Shown piece by piece: positions 18,787 to 27,616 of a stretch of 44,424 bases of DNA (the first letter of the stretch is position 1; each line of letters opens with the position of its first letter). Origin of the DNA: Methanothrix sp. (GTDB lineage Archaea > Halobacteriota > Methanosarcinia > Methanotrichales > Methanotrichaceae); NCBI GenBank assembly GCA_040770465.1, contig JAXGJB010000020.1, positions 1-44,424 of the forward strand. The letters are read 5' to 3'. The notes beneath the pieces are model-generated. The model was given only the letters and a program-made list of their open reading frames with translations. It was not told where the DNA came from and made no database searches. A program made the position numbers and the translations under genes.

Positions 18787-19010
18787 ACAAGGTTCTTGAA
18801 GGGCTTTGTCGCTGGAGCTATCCCATCGGGCAGAGGATCTCCGTGCTCAAAGATCGATTCGATGAGATTTCGAGCCACGTCCTGAGCTATCTCGACGGTA
18901 TCGGATATCGTCCGTCCCTGGGCCACCAGTCCCTGCAGATCGTCGCTGGTCGCAAGATACATGCCCTCTTCCAACTTTTCAATCTTCAAAGAGACCAGAT
19001 ATTCAACCAA
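18783..19010 (-). CDS. HicB-like antitoxin
   Basis: IEKLEEG.YLATSDDLQGLVAQGRT..D..E.A. GAGGTGA RBS at 19017-19023. Confidence 0.8.
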   Translation of the reverse strand: MVEYLVSLKIEKLEEGMYLATSDDLQGLVAQGRTISDTVEIAQDVARNLIESIFEHGDPLPDGIAPATKPFKNLV

Positions 19011-19230
19011 CCCACGTCACCTCAACAGAGAAATGGAGCTATTACCTGATAAAGCTGATTATAGATCCCCGCTGAAAGCCCTTCGACCGACATCCTGACA
19101 TGCGAGGCGCAATACCGTCCAAGACTGACGAGGATAGAACATCTTGAACGTCGCAAGAATGGCAGAACATCTCTCGAATCCCACCCGCGCCTCCTATCAT
19201 GGGATCAATTCGGCCCGGATGGCTCCGCCC
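19011..19230 (-). promoter_or_regulatory. Duplicated 220-bp leader/promoter (second copy 22851-23070)
   Basis: Near-identical copies offset by 3840 bp, each with a TATA-like tataat and a GAGGTGA RBS pointing into a TA cassette. Confidence 0.75.
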
Positions 19231-19664
19231 CTCGGAAGGACGACCGCCCTCTCGATGGCAGTGGTTCTGGGCCACAACTCAAATACGTTTCGATCCAAAG
19301 GTGAAGGTGTATAGTCCTGATCGAAGCGCGAGGGTGTATAGTTCAGATCCAAAGGTGAAGGTGTGGAGTCCTGATCCAGGAGCGAAGGCGTAAAGTCCTG
19401 ATCCAGGCCCGAGGGCGTATTGTCCAGATACAGGCGAAGGTGTGCCGTCCTGATCGAAGCGCGAAGGTGTAATCCCGATCCAGCGCCCGGGGTTCTCCGG
19501 GCGTCCGGACCGGCTCCCACGAGGGCGGCGGCGGAGGAAGGCGGCGGCCCCCTTTTTGCGGAAGAGCGGTGGCCAGCTATCAGTTCTGCCGTCCCGAGGT
19601 CGACAAGAGGCAAGCAGAGGCCACCGGTCGGGATCGAATATAAAAAGAGCTTATACCCCAGCCC
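19181..19664. repeat. Dispersed intergenic element copy (seven ~27-bp units at 19292-19476)
   Basis: Aligned by eye with 14589-15164. The last unit gatcgaagcgcgaaggtgtaatccc is identical in both copies. Confidence 0.9.
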
Positions 19665-19745
19665 TCAGAGGATCCCCTTCTCCCTCAGGGCCGACATCAC
19701 CCTCGCCGCAGTCCCGCCTCCATCCGGCAGAGGCGGACGTCGAGG
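19665..19745 (-). pseudogene. 3' remnant of a type A acylphosphatase-coiled-coil gene
   Basis: Matches 23266-23345. Confidence 0.8.
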
Positions 19746-19863
19746 GCGGGTCGGCCGGTGGCTGGATTGCTGGGCGCCGCCATCCCCACCCCCATCACTC
19801 CCGACGCTCCCGATCAATCACCAGAATTTATAAATCAACGGAAAACCTCTCTTCTGAATGGGA

Positions 19864-20025
19864 TGATAGCCGCGAAGCGAGGATTTAAAGGAGAAAAGGT
19901 CCAAGACGTAGGATATCGGGTCTTCCTCCTCGACTTCGCTCCTTGCTGGGGATCGAGAGGTTTGCCGCCAAGAGCAAAATAAATGGTGGATCGGAGTTGG
20001 TATCCGTTACGGCGGAGGGGGAGAT
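19864..20025 (+). pseudogene. 5' remnant of a type C acylphosphatase gene
   Basis: Encodes GEKVQDVGYRVFLLD. DNA follows 21024-21185 and then diverges. Confidence 0.8.
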
Positions 20026-20049
20026 GTCATAAAAGGAGGCGGTCTTTCT

Positions 20050-20247
20050 GTGAATAAGGCACAAAGCGAGTATGACCATATGACCCTGATCGAAAGACGC
20101 ATCATCTATTTGTCTGGAGCGAGGTTGCGGGAGACGGATAAAAAAAGATCTGCTATGGATAAACAGGATGCGATCAGGAGAGGTCACCAGGCCACAGCAG
20201 GATGGGATAGCGTCTCGGAGATCAGGAAGTGGCGCGAGGCTCGATGA
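20050..20247 (+). CDS. Putative antitoxin (VapB-like position)
   Basis: aaggagg RBS, 65 aa, ATGA overlap with vapC. Confidence 0.7.
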   Translation: MNKAQSEYDHMTLIERRIIYLSGARLRETDKKRSAMDKQDAIRRGHQATAGWDSVSEIRKWREAR

Positions 20248-20684
20248 ACGTACTTGATGCCTCAGTGATCTTGAAATGGTTTTTGGACGAGGAAGGGACT
20301 TCCCAGGCTCTCAGGCTCCGGGAGGAGTTCTACAGAGGAGAACGTGAGATAGTGGTTCCGGATCTCCTGTTGATGGAGGTGGCCAATGCTTTGAGATATC
20401 ATCCAAGCTTCACCGCCAAAGAGATCAAGGAAGCCATTCAGACGTTATTTGATATCGGAATCGTGATCATTACACCAACATATTCTCTTCTGGCAAAGGC
20501 CGTCGATCTGGCAAAGATCCTCGATGTAACCTGTTATGATGCAGTATATCTCGCTTTGGCGGAGGAGATTGGCTTTGACTTCATCACAGCCGATAAGAAG
20601 TTCTGGAAGAGTGTGGCTGAAAGAAGGGGTCCAACGCCGTCGGTCATACTATTGACGGACCTTGATGAAGATTTAACGAGATGA
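20244..20684 (+). CDS. vapC: VapC/PIN toxin
   Basis: Motifs VLDASVILKW, EVANAL, YDAVYLALA, ITADKK. Confidence 0.92.
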   Translation: MNVLDASVILKWFLDEEGTSQALRLREEFYRGEREIVVPDLLLMEVANALRYHPSFTAKEIKEAIQTLFDIGIVIITPTYSLLAKAVDLAKILDVTCYDAVYLALAEEIGFDFITADKKFWKSVAERRGPTPSVILLTDLDEDLTR

Positions 20685-21023
20685 GCCGCATACTGCCCAA
20701 CGTGGCCATCGTCTCACTTTTTGACTGCCATACTGACAGCAAGAGCAGAGAATATCTCCGACTCCCAGCCGGAGATGCGGTGGGCCGGCGTGGCAACAGC
20801 GCGTTGGCGGCGTAGCGGGAGGAGAGGCGGCCGGACCGCCAGAGGCCGGGGGGCGCCGCCCGGTGCGCGGGCTTCGGGTGCCCGCCATCGTCATCTCCGC
20901 AAAAATCCGAGGCGTCCTGGGTCTCCATCCCACGACGTCCCCGCCGTCCCGTCCGCCCGCGCCCTGCGACCCGATCCATCTCCAGAATTTATAAATCAAC
21001 AGAAAATCCCTCTTCTGGATGAG

Positions 21024-21350
21024 ATGAAGCTCAAAGCCAGGATTACAGGAGAAAAGGTCCACGACGTCGGCTATCGGGTCTTCCTCCTCGACCTCGCCCT
21101 GGAGCTGGGGATCGAGAGGTTTGCCGCCTACAACAGAATCGACTGCGGATCGGAGGTTGTATCCGTCATGGCGGAGGGGGACGATGACCAGATCGCCGCG
21201 TTCCGAGAGTTGGTCGCGTCGATGAGGCCCGACGACGCCAGGGTATCCAATGTGACCATCGAAGACTACGACGGCAGGATCGTTTCCACGACGGACTATA
21301 GCCAGTCGCTCATGGTCCAGATCGTCAGCGATGGCCTCCTCAACCTCTAG
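21024..21350 (+). CDS. Type C acylphosphatase-domain protein lacking the coiled-coil tail (possibly truncated)
   Basis: MKLKARITGEKVHDVGYRVFLL...V.VMAEGD. TATA at 20988. Similarity to paralogs ends at MVQ (21320). Confidence 0.75.
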   Translation: MKLKARITGEKVHDVGYRVFLLDLALELGIERFAAYNRIDCGSEVVSVMAEGDDDQIAAFRELVASMRPDDARVSNVTIEDYDGRIVSTTDYSQSLMVQIVSDGLLNL

Positions 21351-21533
21351 CGGATCGAACGCTATAAGGCGACGATTGGCTGAAACCGAAGGCGAGCCCA
21401 TAGAAAATCTATTTTTTCTCACAGTACCGGCTCGTAACAGATCAGAGCCGATCTGCCATCAGAAAGGCTGGAAAAGGCGGAAGGGCTCCGACCAACATCC
21501 TCACATGGCAGAAGAGTCTACTATTGGTGAGAT

Positions 21534-22160
21534 ATGCAACGAGTCGAGATCATCGCTTCTGGACAGGTCCAGCGGGTCGGCTTCCGGGACCTGGTCGAAA
21601 CGATTGCCCAGGACCTAGGTCTCTCGGGGACGGTCGAGAACCAGAAGCCCTACGACGTCAGGATCGTGGCCGAAGGGGAGGAGGAGGCTCTGAAGGAATT
21701 CATAGCAGGCCTGAAGGTGGCGAGAGGGCCGATCCGGGTACGGGATCTGGAAGTCAGTTGGGAAAAGGCCACCGGCGAGTTCCCCTACTTCCAGATCCTG
21801 AGAGGAGATTGGCAGGAGGAGCTGGTGGAGCGTTTCGACGTATCGGCGTGGCTGCTTTACAGAAGCATAGAGATCGGCGAGGAGAACCTGGCGCTTGGCA
21901 GGGAGAACGTGGCCATAGGAAAGAAGATGCTGGAAAAGCAGGACACTACAATATCTATCCTCAAAAATATCAAAGAGGATACCTCCGAGATAGGAGCCAT
22001 AAAGGAAGAGGTCTCAGCTGCTCGATATGAGGCACGCCGCGAGAGGGAGGAGATCATATCTACCCTCAAGAGCGGCAGCCTGGAGGAGAAGTACGAGCAG
22101 CTCAGCCGGGAGATCGCTGAGATCAAGGCCGCCATCGCAGAGATTAAGGGCAATGGTTAG
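21534..22160 (+). CDS. Acylphosphatase-domain/coiled-coil protein (type B head, one heptad unit)
   Basis: SGQVQRVGFR...GTVEN...V.IVAEG followed by a helical tail. ggtga RBS. Confidence 0.88.
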   Translation: MQRVEIIASGQVQRVGFRDLVETIAQDLGLSGTVENQKPYDVRIVAEGEEEALKEFIAGLKVARGPIRVRDLEVSWEKATGEFPYFQILRGDWQEELVERFDVSAWLLYRSIEIGEENLALGRENVAIGKKMLEKQDTTISILKNIKEDTSEIGAIKEEVSAARYEARREREEIISTLKSGSLEEKYEQLSREIAEIKAAIAEIKGNG

Positions 22161-22311
22161 CTTGAGCTCGGCGGTCGGAGTCGGCGCCATCTTGGCGCGG
22201 GACTCATCAAGGGGTGATGGCGGGGATCATCTTGATTTTTTGCATCAATCAGAGATCCTCCGCTCGACGGGACCGGGAGCAAATATCCCCGGAACGCCGA
22301 ACAAACCGAGT

Positions 22312-22536
22312 TCAGGCCTCCGCCTCTTCCTCTATTTTTATAATGATCTCTTGAAGAGGCTTCGATCTTATCAGCTTTGAGGCATTGATGATCTCGATTC
22401 CTACCATCTCGCCCTTCTCGCCATGATCGATCAAGACGCCACGATCCACCTCGATGGTATCAACTATCTTGTTCTCCGAGAAGTTTAGATATAGAACATC
22501 ATATTTTGGATCATACGAAATCTTCATCAAGATCAT
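22312..22536 (-). CDS. DUF2283 protein (antitoxin-like)
   Basis: KISYDPKYDVLY...VLID....G..VGIEIINAS. Confidence 0.88.
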   Translation of the reverse strand: MILMKISYDPKYDVLYLNFSENKIVDTIEVDRGVLIDHGEKGEMVGIEIINASKLIRSKPLQEIIIKIEEEAEA

Positions 22537-22784
22537 CTCAAATATTTCTGAATTTTTGAGGTGCTATATGCGCTTATTACAACAATAGCATCTTTCTCAT
22601 CTTCATATATAACCCTTAACAACTTTCCACCCATCAGCTTCTGCGCGACTCTCCGCCTTTCGTCTTCAAAATCGAGATGGTCCGGATTTCCGATCGTCTC
22701 TTCGACAGCCTCTGGCGATATGCCCCTCTCTTTCAGACGATCCGACGCATGTTGGATGAAGATGATAGTTTTCATAGGAACCAT
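22533..22784 (-). CDS. DUF4258-like putative toxin
   Basis: HASDRLKERGIS...V...I.NPD...LLRVIYE...VVISAY. Confidence 0.8.
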   Translation of the reverse strand: MVPMKTIIFIQHASDRLKERGISPEAVEETIGNPDHLDFEDERRRVAQKLMGGKLLRVIYEDEKDAIVVISAYSTSKIQKYLR

Positions 22785-22860
22785 CGCGTTCGAAATGCTG
22801 CCGAGCCCGTGGGATCACCTGAGCGGCGGTCAAGGCTGGAAGTTGGTATACCCGCGTCAC
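22785..22860 (-). pseudogene. Possible HicA N-terminal remnant
   Basis: YQLPALTAAQVI...HFER directly after the GAGGTGA RBS resembles HicA starts (LP.LT..EVI). Confidence 0.35.
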
Positions 22861-23020
22861 CTCAACAGAGAAATGAAGCTATTACCTGATAAAGCTGATT
22901 ATATCTCTCCGCTGAAAGCCCTTGGACTGACATCCTGACATGCGAGGCGCAATACCGTCCACGACTGACGAGGATAGAACATCTTGAAAGTCGCAAGAAT
23001 GGCAGAAGATCTCTTGAATC

Positions 23021-23265
23021 CCACCCGCGCCTCCTATCATGGGATCAATTCGGCCCGGATGGCTCCGCCCAAGGGTGAGTGTGTAGAGTCCCGATCCAGG
23101 CGCTCAGGGCCCACTGGGCGGCCGGGCCGGCTCCCCCGAGGGCGGCGGCTCCCTTTTTGCGGAAGAGCGGTGACCTGCTATCTGTTCTGCCATCCCGTGG
23201 TCGAAAGGCGCGAGGCCGAGGCGGCCGATCGGGATCGAATATGAAAAGAGCTTTTACCCCAGCCC
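23021..23265. repeat. Dispersed intergenic element copy (internally deleted, one partial 27-bp unit)
   Basis: Same start (ccacccgcgcctcctatcat) and same type of end (aaagagct...ccccagccc) as the other copies. Confidence 0.85.
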
Positions 23266-23892
23266 TCAGAGGATCCCCTTCTCCCTCAGGGCCGACTTCA
23301 CATCGCTGAGGTCCGCCTCCATCCGGCTGAGGCGGACGTCGAGGCTCTCTTTCAGGTCGGTCCGAAGCCCCCGGACCTCTCCCGTAGCCTCGTCCTGCTT
23401 GTCGAGCATCTGGTCCTGCTTGTCGAGCATCCTGTCCATCTTGGAATCGATCCCCTTAATCGCCTCTATAGTCTCATCCTGCTTGTCGAGCATCTGATCT
23501 TGCTTGTCGAGCATCCTGTCCATCTTCTGCCCTAGATCGGAAAACCCGGACCTGATGACGTCTATCAGCTCTTTGAGGAGCTCGGCAGACCTGTCGAGCC
23601 TCGCGTCTGTCTCCCCCCTATCTACGTGCTTCGAGAAGTCGTAGAACTCGCCGGTTGCGATAGACCGCACCACCTCGACATCGGAGACGTCAATGAGGGC
23701 GTTCTTGACCTTCAGGGCGGAGGCGAACCTGTCCAGGGCCGCAGCATCTCCCTCGGCAACTACCTTCACCCTCCCGTCGGGGAGGTTTCCAACCCACCCG
23801 GTGATCCCCATCTCCTGGGCCATGGCTATGACCTTCGACCTGTAGCCGACCTTCTGGACCCTCCCCGAGACGGAGATCACAAACCGCTCCAT
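23266..23892 (-). CDS. Acylphosphatase-domain/coiled-coil protein (type A head, 2+2 heptads)
   Basis: Close paralog of 15165..15896. True start MERFV at 23892, with the same TATA-containing upstream region. Confidence 0.88.
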   Translation of the reverse strand: MERFVISVSGRVQKVGYRSKVIAMAQEMGITGWVGNLPDGRVKVVAEGDAAALDRFASALKVKNALIDVSDVEVVRSIATGEFYDFSKHVDRGETDARLDRSAELLKELIDVIRSGFSDLGQKMDRMLDKQDQMLDKQDETIEAIKGIDSKMDRMLDKQDQMLDKQDEATGEVRGLRTDLKESLDVRLSRMEADLSDVKSALREKGIL

Positions 23893-24188
23893 AGGAGGAG
23901 TTCTAGGTCTTATTTTGATATAAGTCTTCTCGTCCACGGCAGGATAAGGGGGAGGTGGCATCTTCAGGCGTCGGGTGACGCGCCGGGGAGGTGGCGCCAT
24001 ACCAAGCAGGTAGTGCATCTTGATGGGCAGGACGCGGGCCCAGGGGGGCGAGTCGAGAGCCCCCATGAAGATCGGCTCCTATCCCGAGCCGCAGTCACGG
24101 ATGACGGCTTGATCGCCGGGACAGAGCTCATGGGATGAAGTGCCCTCTCCAGAACTCTTATATTGATTCGGCGCCCCTTAGTATCTCA

Positions 24189-24455
24189 ATGAGCTCAATC
24201 GCCTCTGAAGAAGTGGATCCCATCATTCGCAGGTCCTTGCAGAGGGAGATCGGACTCTTGGAGATGAACAAAAAGCTAACAGATGACGAGATCACAGATT
24301 TTGAGCGTAAATACGGGATGGATTCAAACGAGTTTCTGAGGGCATATGAGCATGGTGAGCTCGGTGATGCTCAAGATTGCTTTGAATGGTGGGGATTGCT
24401 CAGAGGGCGGACTGCGATCGAAGATGAGCTGAAGAAGGCAAAAATGGTGTTATAA
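24189..24455 (+). CDS. Small antitoxin-like protein (FE.KYGMDS.EF...GELGD...EW; TumA-like)
   Basis: Motif recalled from small TA-associated proteins. No cognate toxin is evident next to it. Confidence 0.55.
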   Translation: MSSIASEEVDPIIRRSLQREIGLLEMNKKLTDDEITDFERKYGMDSNEFLRAYEHGELGDAQDCFEWWGLLRGRTAIEDELKKAKMVL

Positions 24456-24472
24456 AATGGGAGTGGTGTAGC

Positions 24473-24715
24473 ATGGGTGAGAGCGTTACGGTGGAGATTG
24501 ATAAAGCCACTTACCAGGAATTTGAACAGCTGGCGAGATCTCGAGGAACAAAGCTCGAAGAGACCCTGACTGAGGCCATACAAGCTTACCTCGAGCAGAA
24601 AAAAGCGTATATGAAGGATCCTTTCTTTCAAATAGGAAAAGCCGGTCGTTCGGGCCTAGGGGACCTTGCGGAAGCTCATGATGAGTATCTCTATGAATGT
24701 GATAATGAGGGATAA
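24473..24715 (+). CDS. Ribbon-helix-helix/CopG-type antitoxin
   Basis: VTVEID...L..LAR.RG....EAI..YL...DP...G..DLAEAHDEYLY. Lies upstream of a PIN gene. Confidence 0.8.
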   Translation: MGESVTVEIDKATYQEFEQLARSRGTKLEETLTEAIQAYLEQKKAYMKDPFFQIGKAGRSGLGDLAEAHDEYLYECDNEG

Positions 24716-24727
24716 TGAGGGATAATG
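24701..24727 (+). repeat. 10-bp tandem repeat (gataatgagg x2.7) across the antitoxin stop and toxin start
   Basis: Read directly from the sequence. Confidence 0.9.
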
Positions 24728-25138
24728 TCCAAAAGCATCTTCATCGATACAGGAGCTTTCTTGGCTCTTGAGGATGAATCGGATAACCATCACGAGGACG
24801 CTATTCGCTTTCGGGATAAAGTTCTTCTCCCAGGAAGCTACGAGTTCATCACCACATCCTATATTTTAGACGAAACGCTGCCGCTAATTCGGAGACGTTT
24901 GAGCATCTCTGCCTCTATCAGTCTCTCAAAGAAAATGAGAAATAGCCAGATTGTGAAGATTCTATGTATCTCCGAGGAAGTTGAGGAGAAAGCACTCGAT
25001 CTTTTTGAGAAATACGATGATAAGACCTTCAGTTTCACAGACTGCGTAAGCTTTGTGATAATGAGAGATTTAGGAATACAGGAAGCGTTTACGTTTGACG
25101 AGCATTTTTTACAGATGGGATTCATACGAAGACCCTAA
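24725..25138 (+). CDS. vapC: VapC/PIN toxin
   Basis: Motifs IFIDTGAFLAL, ILDET, SFTDCVSF, AFTFDEHF. Confidence 0.93.
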   Translation: MSKSIFIDTGAFLALEDESDNHHEDAIRFRDKVLLPGSYEFITTSYILDETLPLIRRRLSISASISLSKKMRNSQIVKILCISEEVEEKALDLFEKYDDKTFSFTDCVSFVIMRDLGIQEAFTFDEHFLQMGFIRRP

Positions 25139-25256
25139 TTCGTGAAACTTAAGCTATGATCTATATAAAACCCGAATAGCCGACAGGTTTCCTTTTGTAA
25201 GCTTTTCTATAAAAAATCTGTGTGATATCTCACCAGTTCTCTTGGACGCCCGAAAT

Positions 25257-25523
25257 CCTCGAAAGGACGACCGTCCTCTCGATTCCAGTGGTTCTGCGCC
25301 ACAGCTCAAATGCGTTTCGATCTGAGGGCGAGGGTGTACGGTCCTGATCCAGGAGCGAAGGCGCAAAGTCCCGATCCATGCGCCCAGGGTTCTCCGGGCG
25401 GCCGGGCTGGCTCCCCACGAGGGCGGCGCCCACCCCCCCGTTTGCGGAAGAGCGGTGGCCAGCTATCAGTTCTGCCGTCCCGAGGTCGACAGGTGCGAAG
25501 CAGAGGCTGCCGATCGGGATCGA
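25257..25523. repeat. Dispersed intergenic element copy (two 27-bp units at 25319-25372)
   Basis: Aligns with 14638-15136. Confidence 0.85.
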
Positions 25524-25950
25524 TTTCCAGGTCCAGCAGCTCAACAAGGGCATCCCCGCCATCTTGCGAATCCAAACGACCCAGGAAAAGATGCTCGATA
25601 AGCAGGACCAGATGCTCGATAAGCAGGACCAGATGCTCGATAAGCAGGACCAGATGCTCGATAAGCAGGACCAGATGCTCGATAAGCAGGACCAGATGCT
25701 CGATAAGCAGGACCAGATGCTCGATAAACAAGAGACTACAATATCTATTCTCAAAAATATCAAAGAGGACACCTCCGAGATAGGAGTCATAAAGGAAGAG
25801 GTCTCAGCTGCTCGATATGAGGCACGCCGCGAGAGGGCGGAGATCATATCTACTCTCAAGAGCGGCAGCCTGGAGGAGAAGTACGAGCAGCTCAGCCGGG
25901 AGATCGCCGAGATCAAAGCTGCAATCGCGGAGATTAAGAGCAATGGCTAA
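25522..25950 (+). pseudogene. Headless C-terminal half of an acylphosphatase-coiled-coil gene (7 heptads)
   Basis: DFQVQQLNKGIPAI...(MLDKQDQ)x6-MLDKQ followed by a tail nearly identical to that of 21534..22160. Six perfect 21-bp units at 25591-25716. The upstream frame is the repeat element. Confidence 0.8.
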
Positions 25951-26797
25951 GCTCGTTGGCGATAAGTCGGAATAGGTAGCTTCCGGTGAGACAGGCGTGA
26001 TAGCTCGACCCGCAGGCGATGAAGAAGACCCCAAACTCGGACCTCACCATCTCGGACTATCCTCTCGACTACAGCCATATCCTGGACGCAGGCTCTCTGG
26101 ATAGTCTCGGCCTGCTCTGTGATCTCCTTCAGCATGAAATGAAATAGTCGAAGCTCCCCGTCTTCGCCTCCTCTAGGTCCCATCATCCTATGGTGCTCAC
26201 CGGTCGGCTGACCTCGTCCAGATCGAGGTTGGAGAACTTGACGCCGTTCCTATCCGCCGCCACTAGGTCTCCGTTATCGAGGTAGACGCCGTCCTTGGTC
26301 CAGTCGAGGAAGGGCGCGACGTCGGAAGCAAAGAATGTTCCCCGATCTGATAGCCCAACCACCAGTGGCGAGTCCTTCCGGACGGCCACGATCTCCTCCT
26401 CGCTCTGGTGGACAGCTGGGATCGCAAAACTTCCCCTGAGCTCTTTGAATGCTTCGACGCAGGCATTCTCAAATGAGGACCCGTTCCAGGACGACGCAGT
26501 TCAGGACAACGTAGTATCCTGCATGGAGCCTATGCTGGAGAGATATGTCCTCGATGAGGTGAGCTATCACCTCAGAATCGGTGTCGCTTGAGAACCGATG
26601 CCACCTTTCAATCAGCCTCTTCCAGCCGGAGCCTCACTTCTATATCGTCGATCTTGCACACACCTTTTCTGATCTCAACCCGGTTCGAGACGGTTGCGAT
26701 CCCCATGGAATCCTGCCCCCGGTACTCGAGGTTCTTCGACCCTCGAGAGTATAGGCGAAGCCTTTTCGGACTCTATATATCCAAATATCCCGCACAT
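25947..26797 (-). pseudogene. glmS: Decayed, 3'-truncated glucosamine-fructose-6-phosphate aminotransferase
   Basis: MCGIFGYI start at 26797, with EYRG.DS.GIA, SPLVVG...FFASD, HFMLKEITEQ and IACGSSYHA in different frames. Confidence 0.88.
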
Positions 26798-26932
26798 TTC
26801 ATCCCTTCTCCAAGAAATCCCGGTGGGCTATTTATATGATCACTAATTTTTTCTTAGCTAGGAATCAGATTTTAGCCTTCCAGGCCTCCTATCATCGGTC
26901 ATCAAATCAGCGCTGGAGGCATCCAATTATGG

Positions 26933-27307
26933 CTAGAAGAACCTCCGCAGCGCCCAGTCGGGGACCCTGGCGTACTTCTGAACAATTTTGACGAAAAGCT
27001 CTTCCTGCTGGTGGCGATCCATGCCGTAGACATCATCTATTTCGTATTTTTTCATATCAAGAGCCATCAGCCGGATCTGGGCCTGGGCCAGCTTGAAATC
27101 CTCCTTCAAAGAGGTGATGATGTTTACGTAAAAACCGACGCTTCTCGGCTTCTCTGAAGAGAGGTTCTTTACGAGACCGCATTCGGTGCAGAATGGATGG
27201 GGTTTGAGGCCGCATTCGCGCCCCTCATAATAATGGGTCATCCAGACCTTCTCTTTGGTCCCGCAGCTTACGTGATCACATTGACCTGTCAGGAAAATCC
27301 CTCCCAA
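26933..27307 (-). CDS. Hypothetical protein with Cys/His motif
   Basis: 124-aa ORF with KPHPFCTECG. Start uncertain. Confidence 0.65.
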   Translation of the reverse strand: MGGIFLTGQCDHVSCGTKEKVWMTHYYEGRECGLKPHPFCTECGLVKNLSSEKPRSVGFYVNIITSLKEDFKLAQAQIRLMALDMKKYEIDDVYGMDRHQQEELFVKIVQKYARVPDWALRRFF

Positions 27308-27616
27308 ATCAGTCGACCTATTTCTAACAGATATTGACTCTGAAGTAGAATGGCCAATGATATTTAAAATGATCGATCTTTTAAAGAAAAAAACATTAGG
27401 AAAATATGATTTATGATAAAAGCAAAGTGATATTGAATTAGAACATCACTAGCAAAAGATAGCATGGGACTGAAGACATATTTATATAAATATCAATAAG
27501 AATTAATAACCGATAATACTTGCCGACTGGGTTAGGGTCGGCATAGTAGATAAGGACTCCGGCCTTTGAGCAGATTACAGAACTCGGACGGCCTCTCCCT
27601 CCCTCCTGAAGCCTGA

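Noticed and set aside
19197-19613. ORF with 9-aa repeats (LDQDSTPSP) as a real gene
   Set aside because: 25-bp and truncated units break the frame, and the ORF is not conserved among the element copies.
20721-21023. N-terminal extension of ORF 20721..21350
   Set aside because: Arg/Pro/Gly-rich read-through of GC-rich DNA. The TATA box and paralog alignment place the start at 21024.
23893-24066. N-terminal extension of ORF 23266..24066
   Set aside because: The paralog starts at MERFV, and this stretch contains the conserved promoter.
25378-25521. N-terminus of ORF 25378..25950 as a genuine domain
   Set aside because: It is translated repeat-element DNA fused in frame by chance, with no RBS or TATA box seen.
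14589-25950. Diversity-generating retroelement, shufflon or canonical integron
   Set aside because: No reverse transcriptase, invertase or integrase ORF is present. Differences between copies are not confined to adenines, and I saw no attC-like sites.
25947-26797. Tn7-like insertion at glmS
   Set aside because: Tn7 inserts downstream of an intact glmS. Here the gene is broken mid-sequence and no tns genes or Tn7 ends are visible.
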